Below are positions 1 to 10,260 of a stretch of 64,000 nt of DNA, piece after piece. The number at the start of each line of letters is the position of its first letter. Positions within the stretch are counted from its first letter, which is position 1. The translations under genes were made by a program, and so were the position numbers. A model generated the notes under the pieces. The model ran no database searches. It was not told the origin of the DNA and worked only from the letters and a program-made list of their open reading frames with translations. Origin of the DNA: Squalus acanthias (taxonomy: Eukaryota); the NCBI GenBank assembly GCA_030390025.1, contig CM059433.1, positions 16,432,001-16,496,000 on the forward strand, read 5' to 3'.

Positions 1-90
1 TAACTCTAAAATTTCCTTCCCTGTCCTACCAGTAGACATACCATTATCCCAATCAATTTCTGGTAAGTTAAAATCCAACTTCTACAGTTG

Positions 91-879
91 GGGGGAGAAA
101 TTCGGTATCGCCCCCTTTGGGGCGCAATTATCGGCCGGGCGCAAAGTTTAGCGCCTGGCGCTAATTATCGCCTCCAACTGCAAACTTGGCTTCTATCGCC
201 CCTGGAGGTGATTGGAGCGCTAAATCAGGCGCTACACACCTCTCTTAAGGCATTCACGCCGAGGAGCGAGGCGCTAACTCAGAGCATTGGCAAAGCTCAT
301 GTGATGTCAGTCAGCAATGGAACACAGACACACTGGCGCCGGCCAGTTCTTAAAGGGGAGGGTCGATCTTGCTTTCCAGCCACACCCTGCTCATTGCAGC
401 CTTGAATCTTGGCCTGGAGAGACCTGTACATCAATTCTGCTGGAAAGAACAATGGAGAGGCCCAGGGAAAGAGCTCAGAGTGCAGTCCCCACAGTCTCTT
501 CTAAATCGATGCAAGGAAGTTCAAATCAAAATGAACCTGCAAAGTGCAGATCAGTACCCAAAACTCCTTCACATAGCGTTGAATCTCTCCAGAAGTCTTT
601 TTCTATCTCTCAGAATGCGTGGTGCAAAAATGTCGCAGACAAAAAAAGTCAGGAAGCGTTGGCCTTTAAATAGCGCTCCCCCAGTCCCTTCCCGACTGCA
701 AAACGTTCCCCTCAACCTGTCGTTGTTAGCGGCAGGTGGTAAGGCAGGGGGTGCCACTCAATATCCGGTCCGGGGCGCTATCGGGGTGTTGCGCACTCGA
801 CTGACGTCATGATCTGCCGGCACAGGAGATCGTAGCGGTAGTGTTTAGCGCCGCCGCAAAGCAACCGAATTTTTCTCCC
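91..879. mobile_element. Harbinger MITE (main family, B-type ends)
   Basis: TIRs GGGGGAGAAATTCGG / CCGAATTTTTCTCCC; TTG TSD at 88-90 and 880-882; homologous to both ends of 8277-12439. It has a subterminal deletion at CGCAAA microhomology relative to 23780-24654. Confidence 0.92.
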
Positions 880-1024
880 TTGGTCCCTTATTAGCTGTGT
901 TTCTTATCTCATCTGACAATTGCAGTTCCAGGGTTTCACCCTGGCCTGGGAGTCTGTAGCATACCCTCAATAATTGTTTACCTCTGTTACCATCTATTAA
1001 TTCTACCCAAAGTGATTATGTGTC

Positions 1025-1439
1025 TTTAATTCTCATCCTTGTTTTCAAATCCCTCCATGGCCTCGCCCCTTCCTATCTCTGTAATCTCCTTCAGCCCCAC
1101 AACCCCCCGAGATATCTGCGCTCCTCTAATTCTGCCCTCTTGAGGATCCCTGATTATAATCGCTCAACCTTTGGTGGCCGTGCCTTCAGCTGCCTGGGCC
1201 CTAAGCTCTGGAATTCCCTCCCTAAACCTCTCCGCCTCGCTACCTCTCTTTCCTCCTTTAAGACGCTCCTTAAAACCTACCTCTTTGACCAAGCTTTTGG
1301 TCACCTGCCCTAATTTACCCTTATGTGAATCGGTGTCAAATTTGTTGTCTTAAAATATTCCTGTGCAGCGCCTTGGGACGTTTTACTACTTTAAAGGCGC
1401 TATATAAATACAAGTTGTTGTTGTTGTTGTTGTTGTTGT
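1025..1439 (+). mobile_element. L2-type LINE 3' end (ORF2 C-terminus plus (GTT)n tail)
   Basis: LVFKSLHGLAPSYL...GGRAFSCLGPKLWNSLP...SFKTLLKTYLF, followed by GGCGCTATATAAATACAAGTTGTTGTT. Confidence 0.9.
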
Positions 1440-2744
1440 CTTCCCTTTCCTTTTTTATATCCTGACTCACTTTTGCCTCAATGCTGGAATTTTTACATAC
1501 TGCCACACAACCTCCCTTTCTCCCGATATGGTCCATTCTAAACAGTTTAAATTCTTCCAGGTATGTATCCCATTGATTGGAATCATTCCACCATGTCTCT
1601 GTGATGCAAATGATGTCCAGGCTATCAGTGTCTGCGAGACCTTCCAAGTTACACATCTCATTATTAGACTCCTTGCATTAATGCAAGCACAGCTCCATTT
1701 TTTTTGCCTTCCCCATTTAATTTATCAACATGTTTCGTTTCTTTTCCTCCCACCATTGGAATTAGACTATTATACTTTGATTTATATTTTCACTAGTGCA
1801 ACCTTAAGATTTGCTCTAATCTACCCTTACACCTACCGCAACCACCCCGCATCTAGTTTAAACACTCCCCCACCATACTGTCTATCCTGCCTGCCAACAC
1901 CTCTACCCCTCAACTTTAGGTGGAGCCCATCAGATCTGTATAGGCTCCCTCATTCCAAAATAATATATCACAGGCTTCCACTATTCCTTCCCTTCATACT
2001 AAGCTCAACTGATTTCGCTTAAATGTTTAATAAAATCAACAACTTAGTGATTTATCTCCTCAAATATAATTTCTGGCCAACTGCAGCTCAAGGCTGAACT
2101 CTTGCGCAGGCTAAACTTCACACATTCCTGGCTTTTCACAACCACTGGTCTCTCAATACTTCAGACTCATCCAGCTCATAGTGCTTGCCCTGTACTGCTT
2201 CTGCTGTTTCCTCTTCTGCTGCTATATCATTCCTTACCAATAATACCATTCGCCCACATAAGCTCTTGGTTGTATCTCTTGCTCATCTGCAGTGCTCTGA
2301 ATGGACACTTGAGAAAGGTTTGCAATTGCAACATTCTTGTTGAGAAAATAAATCTGGGGGGTAGGATTTCCTCTGTCGTGAAACAGTAAGCCCTTTCTTT
2401 GTAAATGGGTTTATAATTTCATTACACACATGCTTTAACTGGCACAGGCCAGCTCCCCTGTAGATGAAATTCTGTCTAATGAAAGCAGGACCTAGATGAT
2501 AAACGAGTGTGGGGAAAATTTCAGAAACTGTATGAAGTGCCCAAAGGGGTGAATAGAGAACATGGCACGGATTTCCTTGCTAATGATAAAATAAAAATTT
2601 ATAAAGGCTGAACAGCATGAAGGAGAAAAGGGGACGCGACAAAGAAGTGATAAAAAAAAAAGCTGTTTTATCAAATAAGAAAATAAGTCACAGGTTTGTG
2701 TTTTAAAATATATACAATGAAGCAGCACTGTTATCACTCTCATA

Positions 2745-3104
2745 GGCCCTGAATTTGCAGTTGGAGGCCTCCGACCAGCAAAAAATCTATGAACTTATCT
2801 GATGGTCCCGGAGGTTCGGACACTTGCGCTCCTGGGCCTCTATGCATAGGCCTGCGTAGAGGCCCACGTATCCCAGGGGCGCAGGCGGTTCACAAGCGCC
2901 CCTGGGATCACATGGGCTGGCCCAACCAATGAAAGAAAGGGGGATTCCCATCATGCTTATGGAGGTTCCGTACAAAATTCTTGACAGATCACAAGTTCCG
3001 GGTTTTAGCGCATGCGCTTCGCATACCTAAACCCAGAACTTGTGCGGCCCCTACGGACGAGTACACACCTCATACGCACCCATAGGGGGCGCAAATTACG
3101 GCCC
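2745..3104. mobile_element. Harbinger-type MITE (second family, related to 19950-21578)
   Basis: Imperfect TIRs GGCCCTGAATTTGC / GCAAATTACGGCCC; flanks ATA/ATT; internal similarity to 19950-20150 and 21470-21578. Confidence 0.7.
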
Positions 3105-3224
3105 ATTATGTTTTATGATAGTATCAACAATCAGTAATAAATAGCATCTGTTTTTATTGCTATATTGAAAACATCAAGTTGAACAATTTCAGACCATAAC
3201 CTCTGCCCCTATTTATTTTTTTCA

Positions 3225-3520
3225 CATGGCAGCTGTTGATGATTCTGCCATTCCCATTTACACCTCATCTAGATCCATCTTTTGTTTCTTAACTTGTCCC
3301 ATTACCATCTCCTTTTGCCTTGCACCATCATCCCTTTTGTCTCTTAATCACTCCTGCCTTCCAGCCTATCACAGACCTTCCCTTTTGTTCTTTCCTCCTC
3401 TCCCCCCTTTCCCTGCCCCTGCACTTGCTTAAAAATCTGTTACATCTCTAACTTTTTCCAGTTCTCTCTCCATGGATGATGTCTGACCTGCTGAGTATTT
3501 CCAGCATTTTCTGTTTTTAT
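3225..3520 (+). mobile_element. Penelope-like retroelement 3' fragment (family A), ribozyme core deleted
   Basis: Pyrimidine-rich body ending in CTGACCTGCTGAGTATTTCCAGCATTTTCTGTTTTTAT, shared with 19708-19920, 32061-32280 and 54790-54947. Confidence 0.6.
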
Positions 3521-4789
3521 AAACAGTGATACAATACCGCCATGTTTCTGTGCATCTTGGTGGCTACCGATTGCAAAGTTGTATTGGCATTTTAATGGCA
3601 GTTAACTCGTGAATGCTTTCTTCCTGTATGCTTATGTATGTGGGGAGATAATAAAGATCAGTATCTGTCCAATGCGGCTGTCTCCTTATGCCTCAGTGGA
3701 TTCCGTGGCGCAAAATAGAGATTGGGATATGGAGGGTTCTGCCATAAGTGTGAACTTTGCCTGTGGCTCAGAATGGACACAGAGCCCCTGAACTATGGTG
3801 TGCTCCCCTTATCAAGTGCTTCATCCTCATCCTTGCTATCCTTTGAGGTCTTGGGGCAACTCTGAGGACCATAGATGTGGAAAAATCACCTTTGGAAATA
3901 TGATATATTTTAGTGAACTCATTTTGGGCTATCCAAAAATGTACAATAAAATTCTTCAAGAAGAGGGAACCAATAATTAAATTCATTTTTTTCACTACAG
4001 CAAATATTTATGTGTGCAATGTTATTAAAGCCCCATTATCGGAGATTTTATGAAATTTGCTGTGATATAATTTCTTATTGATGAGTATATATCTTCGAAG
4101 AAAACAGCATGTGTGACTTACCAGAATCAGAAAGAGCGGACAAAAACTTGCTCCTTGCCCAGAATAATGTCAACTTCTGCATTATTTCTGGCCATGTAGG
4201 GATTTTGGCCCCCGATGCAATTGGGCTTCTTCACTGAAGTAAGCTTTTTTATATTGCGTTCTATTTGGAATCTATTCACACGCTAACTCTGTTTTTCAAA
4301 ATTTGACCATATAAAATTAACTTGTTGATTAGACTAAATTGGTTGTCATTTTGAAGAACAGAGAGTGAATAATGAAAATATGAATCTCAATTCAGCTTCT
4401 CATTACAAGAATTTGAGTTCCCCCATGCTCAGCAAAGTTCTTGTCTTCAAGGGAGACTTTTTAAACAGATTGCAGTTCAAGTTCTGAACATCTTTAGCTG
4501 AAACTGTGTTTATTCACTGCACTGTTACTGTAATGGTAAATTAATATGTTACAAAAATAGTTTCAGACTTATAATTATCATTTGATATGTGTAATAAGCA
4601 CGATACATTTCAATTTTCATCATTCATCATAAACTGGGTTCAGCGTTAACTAATTGAAACCAGGTTGTGAAGTTGGCAGATGTGTGTTTGGATCCAAAGG
4701 CGATCAGTGTTAGAATTCCTCAGGGTTGGCTTCTTGGTATGATCTCAATATACTTGACATAAAAGACTTTGCACTTATTTATAATAACA

Positions 4790-6215
4790 CATGACTACAA
4801 ATTCATGCCGTGCCATTTATTATCAAGCAAAATCTATCGAATATATATCAGCTGGCTTATCACGTGAGCCTGATCCTGTCTCTAGAGGTATGATCAAAAT
4901 AGCACTTCTTGAAGTGTAAAGAAAACAAGTTTCATGGCCTGTAAATCCGATGGCGGCGGTTGTTGCACGTGACTCAGGTTGCACATGATATTCATGCTGC
5001 TGGCTCATTTTAATGACGCATGTGTGCAGCCAGCCTTATCTGCACTCCTCATTGGCTGCACGCCTGTAAGTGGGTGGGGGGTGGGGTGGGGGGCGGGGCG
5101 GCGCGGATATCGAGCATCTATAGAACCACTTAAAGGCAGCCAGCACCTGTTAATGGCGAGGTGCATTCTGGCTCCAGACACCAGCGAAACACTTCTGATT
5201 GGCAATAAATGGTTCTCCAGTGCTGCCTTGGAGGCCCCGGTGCCGGCAATGGACAGGAGGATGTAGCTTTCCAGGCAGCTGCGGAGAAGATGGAAGCCCC
5301 TGTGCCAGTCGAGGAAGAGGATGTGAGCCTTCAGGAAGATGCACCCGTCAGCCTGGCTCTCGCCAGCACCAGCTCAGATATTGGCACCACGCGGACTTTA
5401 GTGGCTAGGTTAGAGCAGGACGCCACAGGTACCAACTCAACCTTGAAAGCCACAGGCAGTGCTGTCCATGCCCTGGTGGAGACTCTATTTGTGGCTGCAG
5501 CAGGTGACAGCTTCCTTGGTGAAGTGAAGGAACCTCGCACATTTCTCCTGAGTAAGGTTAAAGTAGGAGAAGTGCTCCCTCAATACCCGCTTTGGATATG
5601 GCCTCCTGTGCCGTGCCCTCCTCTTCCTCCCTCTTGTGGCTGCTGCTGCTGCTCGGTGATGTCTTCCTTGCTGCTTCCCCTCCTCCTCCAGCCCCAAAGA
5701 CAGTCCTATCAGACCCCCCGTGTCTGCAGCCAACGTATTTCTGAGACAGCCAAAAAACAGTGCAACACTCGCAAAACCTTTCTCTGTTTAGAGAAAGTGA
5801 ACTTTCCAGAGTGATAAAAAAAAATACACCCAAAAAAAACGCCCAGAAGTCAAGCAGCCTGAAATGATAAACCAGCAAGTAACCTGTAAGTACTGCACGA
5901 TCGCTTTAAATAGCGCTGGTGAGGGGGCCTTCCTGCTGGTTGACGCCATGTTGTGCTGTGCGAGTTCAGCGAGTGAAGCGCTGGGGCGAGCGGAAATCTA
6001 CAGTGAATGCTGCAGAATGTGCAGGACTCTAATTTAAATGCATTATTCCACACTTTAAATGTTCCCGACGTCCGTTCCTGCCGCCAGCACATCCACGTTA
6101 ACCAATACGGGTGGCAGCGGACTTCTGGCCGGAAAGGTGCGCGCGCGCATCCTACCCGCCATATTGGGACCTTAGCAGACGTGATTAGCGCCTGAAAAAT
6201 GGGCGCTGTGTGGCT
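4790..6215. mobile_element. Degenerate internally deleted Harbinger derivative (boundaries approximate)
   Basis: Minus-strand 5430-5620 encodes RRPYPKRVLREHFSYFNLTQEKCARFLHFTKEAV, homologous to the transposase N-terminus at 8788+. There is an acidic Myb-partner-like stretch on + near 5310-5400 and a TATTTAAA box at ~5905-5912. Confidence 0.6.
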
Positions 6216-6415
6216 ATAGTGTCTGTCACTGAGCAGAAATATTCAACTCCATTTGGAAGCCTGTGACATTGCAGGCAAGGAGTGCAGCAATGCAGCAGTG
6301 GCAGGAAGAGCAGGAGGAGAGTAATTGCCGTTGTCGACAACTCTGTGACCCCACTCATGGTAACTCAATACGACAAAAGGTTGATGGCCTCATCATGTCT
6401 GGCAAGGTAAAAGAA

Positions 6416-6469
6416 AATTGAGAGGTCGCACAACACCAGGTTATAGTCCAACAGTTTTATTTGAAATCA
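6416..6469 (-). mobile_element. 54-bp 5'-truncated Penelope-like insertion (family B)
   Basis: Identical to 22524-22577; 13-bp TSD CAAGGTAAAAGAA at 6403-6415 and 6470-6482. Confidence 0.85.
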
Positions 6470-6972
6470 CAAGGTAAAAGAAGCCAGCCACACCTTCCAA
6501 GAATGCACTGGACTAAGTATGTCTGCAACTTAAAATCACCTCGTCCTCACTGTGTTAAAGTGCTTCAATAGCTTACCATCAATACAGTTGAGGTACCACA
6601 GATCCCCAGCCTTCCTCTGCGAGTATTCCTTTACGCACATCCTTACATGCTTTCACACCACTAAAAACCTCACATGGTTCATGGGTCTAGCACCTGTCAT
6701 CCTCTCCATTATGATCTGCATACTGGTGCCTGGGTTTGACTGCATCTCATGCCAACTAGAAGTCATTTGCACTTTTTGCATTATGACAGGTGGTAGACTC
6801 GAACTCTACCCTCATCTCATATTTTATTCCCCTTCCCCCTTGCCACTTTAGTTTACATCCTTCCCACACCACTGGTTACTCTTCCAGCAAGGACATTGGT
6901 CCTAATGTCCCAGGAATGTGAACTCTTCCCTCCTACATCAAATTACTATTCCTATACTGACGAGCATGTGGT

Positions 6973-8005
6973 ACATAGAATTACATAGAATATACAGCAC
7001 AGAAAAAGGCCATTGGGCCCAACTAGTCTGTGCTGGTGTTTCTACTCCACACGAGTCTCCTCCCATTCCATCTACCTCATCTCAGCCTTTCAGTATATCT
7101 TTCTATTCCCTTTTCTCTCATGTACTCGTCTAGTTTCCTTTTGAAAGCATCTAAGCTATTCGCCGCAACCATTTCCTGTGGTAGTGAGTTCCACCTTCTA
7201 ACCACTCTAATTTCTCCTATTGGATTTATTAGTAACTATCTTGTATTTATGGCCCCTAGCGTTGGATTCTCCCACAATTGGAAACATTCTCTCCGTCTCT
7301 AGCCTGTGTAACCCATTCATAATTTAAAGACCTCTATCAGGTCACCGCTAAGTCTTCTCTTTTCTAAAGAAAAAAAACCCCAACCTGTTCAATCTTTCCC
7401 AATAGCTGTAATCTCACACTTCTGGTACCAACCTTGTAAATCTTTTTTGCATTTCTCCAGTGCTTCTATGTCCGGTTTATGGTATGGAGACCATAAATGT
7501 GCACAGTACTCTAGGCGGCTTGTCCAAGGTCCTATACAAGTTTAACATAACTTCACTATTTTTGAATTCTAAGCCCCTAGAAATAAATCCCGGTGCTTTG
7601 TTAGCATTTTTAATTGCTTTACTGACCTGCGATGCTGCTTTTAATGATTTGTTCACCTGTATCCCTAAATCCCTTTGCTCTTCTATCCCATTCAGTTTTT
7701 TTTATTTTCTACGGTGTAGGTGATGTTTTTATTTTTCCTACCAATGTGCATCACCTCACATTTATCTATGTTAAAGTTCATTTGCCACTTAACTGCCCAT
7801 TCTGCAAATGTCTAATGTCTTCTTGCATTATGTTGCATTCTACCTCAGTGTTAGCCATACCCTCAGTATGGTATCATCTGCAAATTTTGATATTGAGTTA
7901 CTTGTTCCAAAGTCCAAATCATTAATGGTCCCAACAATAATCCTTGTGGAATGCCGCTTTCCACCTTCCTCCAATCCGACTAACATAACCCTTTACCCCT
8001 ACTCT
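6973..8005 (-). mobile_element. Degenerate CR1 LINE, RT C-terminus and 3' tail
   Basis: Tail CATAGAATTACATAGAATATACAGCAC...; ISKFADDT motif (TCATCTGCAAATTTTGAT-like, ~7870-7890); similar to 21926-23180. Confidence 0.8.
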
Positions 8006-8448
8006 CTACTTTCTATTTTTTTAGACAATTTTCAACTCGCTGAAATTAGCCCTCTTCCAGTTAAGTATTATTACGCTTGATTGTTCCTTGTTCTTTTCCA
8101 TTGATTCATGCTCCACTTGCCCCACTTCATTCCCCAGAGCTAGATCCAGCTCTGCTTCCTTCCTCGTTGGGCTGGCGACACACTGATCAAGAAAGTTCTC
8201 TTGTACACATTTCAGGAATTCCTCCCCCTCTTTGCCCTTTACACTGTTACTATCCCAGTCTATATTAGGACACTTGGGGGGAAAAATTCAGTTGGTTGCG
8301 CCTCCCGTTAGCACCTTAAGAGGGCGCTAATGGGGTGCAAAGCTGCTAGCGCCCGGGCGCAGCGATGTTTGCGCCGCTCGGGAACTTAACTAGACATTGT
8401 GCGGTGGCGCTAAACTTTACCGCTGCAACCACCTGCGCGCGCAGATTG

Positions 8449-8597
8449 TGACGTCATTCCATGGTGCAACGCCCTTGTGGCGCCCCGGAGCGGAAATTGA
8501 GTGGCGCCCCCTGCCTTACCGCCTGGCGCATCCAACGACCGGAAGACTGGAACGCTATCAATCGCTGTGGGGCTGGGGGGGGCGCTATTTAAAGGGG
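8449..8597 (+). promoter_or_regulatory. Putative transposase promoter: CRE-like palindrome TGACGTCA and TATA-like TATTTAAA
   Basis: TGACGTCA at 8449-8456 and TATTTAAA at ~8586-8593, about 200 bp upstream of ATG 8788; both recur in the sibling copy and the MITEs. Confidence 0.5.
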
Positions 8598-8787
8598 GCC
8601 TCTTCCTGTCTTTTTCTGTGGTTGACATTTTTGCACCACTCGTTCTGAGAGAGAGAGAGAGATTCGGAGAGAGAGAAAGAGAGACTTCTGCATTGAGTCA
8701 ACGCTTTGTGAGGTAGTTTTGCCTACAGATCCTAACTTCGCTGGTACTTTGGTTGCTGTCCTTCATAACTTTGCTTGCAAAGAGACT

Positions 8788-9948
8788 ATGGGGGCTGCAC
8801 TGAATGGGGGCGTCGTCCTGCTCCAGCTGAATCGGAGGACACAAAGACGCAGAGAGAGAGTGGCAATGATGGCCAGACGGAGGAGGGCCAACAGGCGTCT
8901 GTACAGGAGAGCTTACCCTCCCAGGGTATATCGTGAACAGCTCTCCTACATTCATTTGTCTGAGGAGCTGTGTTTGCGAAGGCTGCGATTCAGCAAGGAG
9001 GTGGTCACTGAGCTCTGCCACCTGCTGCAGCCAGATCTGCAGCCTCAACTGAGGTCCAGGACGTCTCTGTCGGTGGCAGTGAAGATCACAGTGGCTCTCA
9101 ACTTCTATGCTACTGGCTCATTTCAAGCTGCTGCTGGGGACCTCGCCAATATCTCCCAGTTCGCGGTGCATTGCTGCATCCGGCAGGTCACAAATGCCCT
9201 CTTTAAAAGGAGACGAGAGTTCATCTCTTTCCCCATGACCCCAGACAAGCAGCGTGACCGCGCTCTGGGCTTTGCGAGGATAGCGGGCTTCCCCATGGTG
9301 CAGGGCGCCATTGACTGCACGCATGTGGCTTTGCGTGCTCCACATGAGAATGCCGAGGATTTCCGGAACAGAAAGGGGTTCCATTCCTTGAATGTTCAGT
9401 TGGTCTGTGACCACAGACAGCTGATACTCGCTGTCAATGCCCACTATCCTGGCAGCTGCCACGATGCTTTCATCCTGCGCCAGACTACTGTGGCAGAACT
9501 TTTCGAGGCACCGCATCAGCCAGTTGGTTGGCTTCTCGGGGACAAGGGGTATCCATTGAGCACCTGGCTGATGACACCGCTCCGTACGCCCAACACCCCT
9601 GCTGAGCTGCGGTACAACGAGAGCCATCAAGCTACCAGGAACATCATTGAGCGCACAATCGGCGTGCTGAAGCAACGGTTCCGCTGTCTCGACCATTCTG
9701 GAGGAGCCCTGCAGTACTCGCCTGAGCGAGTATCCAACTTCGTAGTTGTGTGCTGCATGTTGCATAACATGGCAATCGTCAGGACCCAGCCAATGCCACC
9801 AGACCTTGGAGCACCACCAGAGGAGGAGGAGGAAGAGGAGGAAGAGGACGAGGAGGATGATCATCAGCAGCACCAAGGCGGGAGGGCGGCCCACAATGGT
9901 GAAACTGCAAGGGCCGTCCGTCAACGGCTGATAGCAAGCCGCTTCTAG
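8788..9948 (+). CDS. Harbinger DDE transposase (HARBI1-like), intact, 386 aa from ATG 8788
   Basis: Uninterrupted ORF; HTH region (ALNFYATGSFQAAAGDLANISQ), GAIDCTH, GSCHD, LLGDKGY, IIERTIGVLKQRFRCL, CCMLHN; acidic E/D tail. Confidence 0.96.
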   Translation: MGAALNGGVVLLQLNRRTQRRRERVAMMARRRRANRRLYRRAYPPRVYREQLSYIHLSEELCLRRLRFSKEVVTELCHLLQPDLQPQLRSRTSLSVAVKITVALNFYATGSFQAAAGDLANISQFAVHCCIRQVTNALFKRRREFISFPMTPDKQRDRALGFARIAGFPMVQGAIDCTHVALRAPHENAEDFRNRKGFHSLNVQLVCDHRQLILAVNAHYPGSCHDAFILRQTTVAELFEAPHQPVGWLLGDKGYPLSTWLMTPLRTPNTPAELRYNESHQATRNIIERTIGVLKQRFRCLDHSGGALQYSPERVSNFVVVCCMLHNMAIVRTQPMPPDLGAPPEEEEEEEEEDEEDDHQQHQGGRAAHNGETARAVRQRLIASRF

Positions 9949-10260
9949 GGCCCCTGCTGTGGAAATGGTTTCTGCCATTGCTAACAACATCAATGAACCC
10001 AGCACGCAACCCCTAAGCCGGCCAAGGCACCAATGATTCCAAACACCAAACATGTATATTTTGAATACAAAATCTTATTTATTTTACAAACTCTGTGTGT
10101 GTCATTTCCTCATGACAAACTCATAGAAATAAACACAAAAAAACAGTCATTAACATAACTGGTTCTCACAACCTGGAGATAATGTCCAAAACACTAGACA
10201 AAAGTTGGACCACGAACCTCGGCCTTTAATAAAAAAATGACCAGCATTTTGTCACACCTC

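Larger units (their letters stand above)
1..1960 (-). mobile_element. Degenerate CR1 LINE relic (end of ORF1 esterase plus APE endonuclease), interrupted by a MITE (91-879) and an L2 3' end (1025-1439)
   Basis: Minus-strand translations give DFNLPEIDWDNG (~40-77), VCYRLPG (~940-970), LDIICITETWW...RKGGCVAV (1440-1656) and YRSDGLHL (~1915-1940). Confidence 0.75.

Noticed and set aside
88..812. Recurrent 60-160-aa ORFs in the MITE copies (also 20.6k, 24k, 61-62k)
   Set aside because: They recur only because the DNA repeats; starts and stops vary, and only the first ~9 codons of the Myb ORF are real.
4122..4233. Minus-strand exon candidate with a strong CTG/GTAAGT donor (KKPNCIGGQNPYMARNNAEVDIILGKEQVFVRSF*)
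   Set aside because: Weak acceptor, stops in all three frames and no recognised homologue; it cannot be supported without RNA data.
8719..8787. Upstream extension of the transposase ORF to 409 aa
   Set aside because: It starts at TTG, and copy 2 lacks a matching extension; ATG 8788 corresponds to ATG 50279.
8788..9948. Calling the transposase and Myb genes the domesticated host genes HARBI1/NAIF1
   Set aside because: They lie within TIR- and TSD-bounded multicopy elements inserted in LINEs.
9118..10053. 311-aa antisense ORF over the transposase (also 49144-49962)
   Set aside because: A shadow of the GC3-rich sense frame; no motifs, and endpoints differ between the copies.
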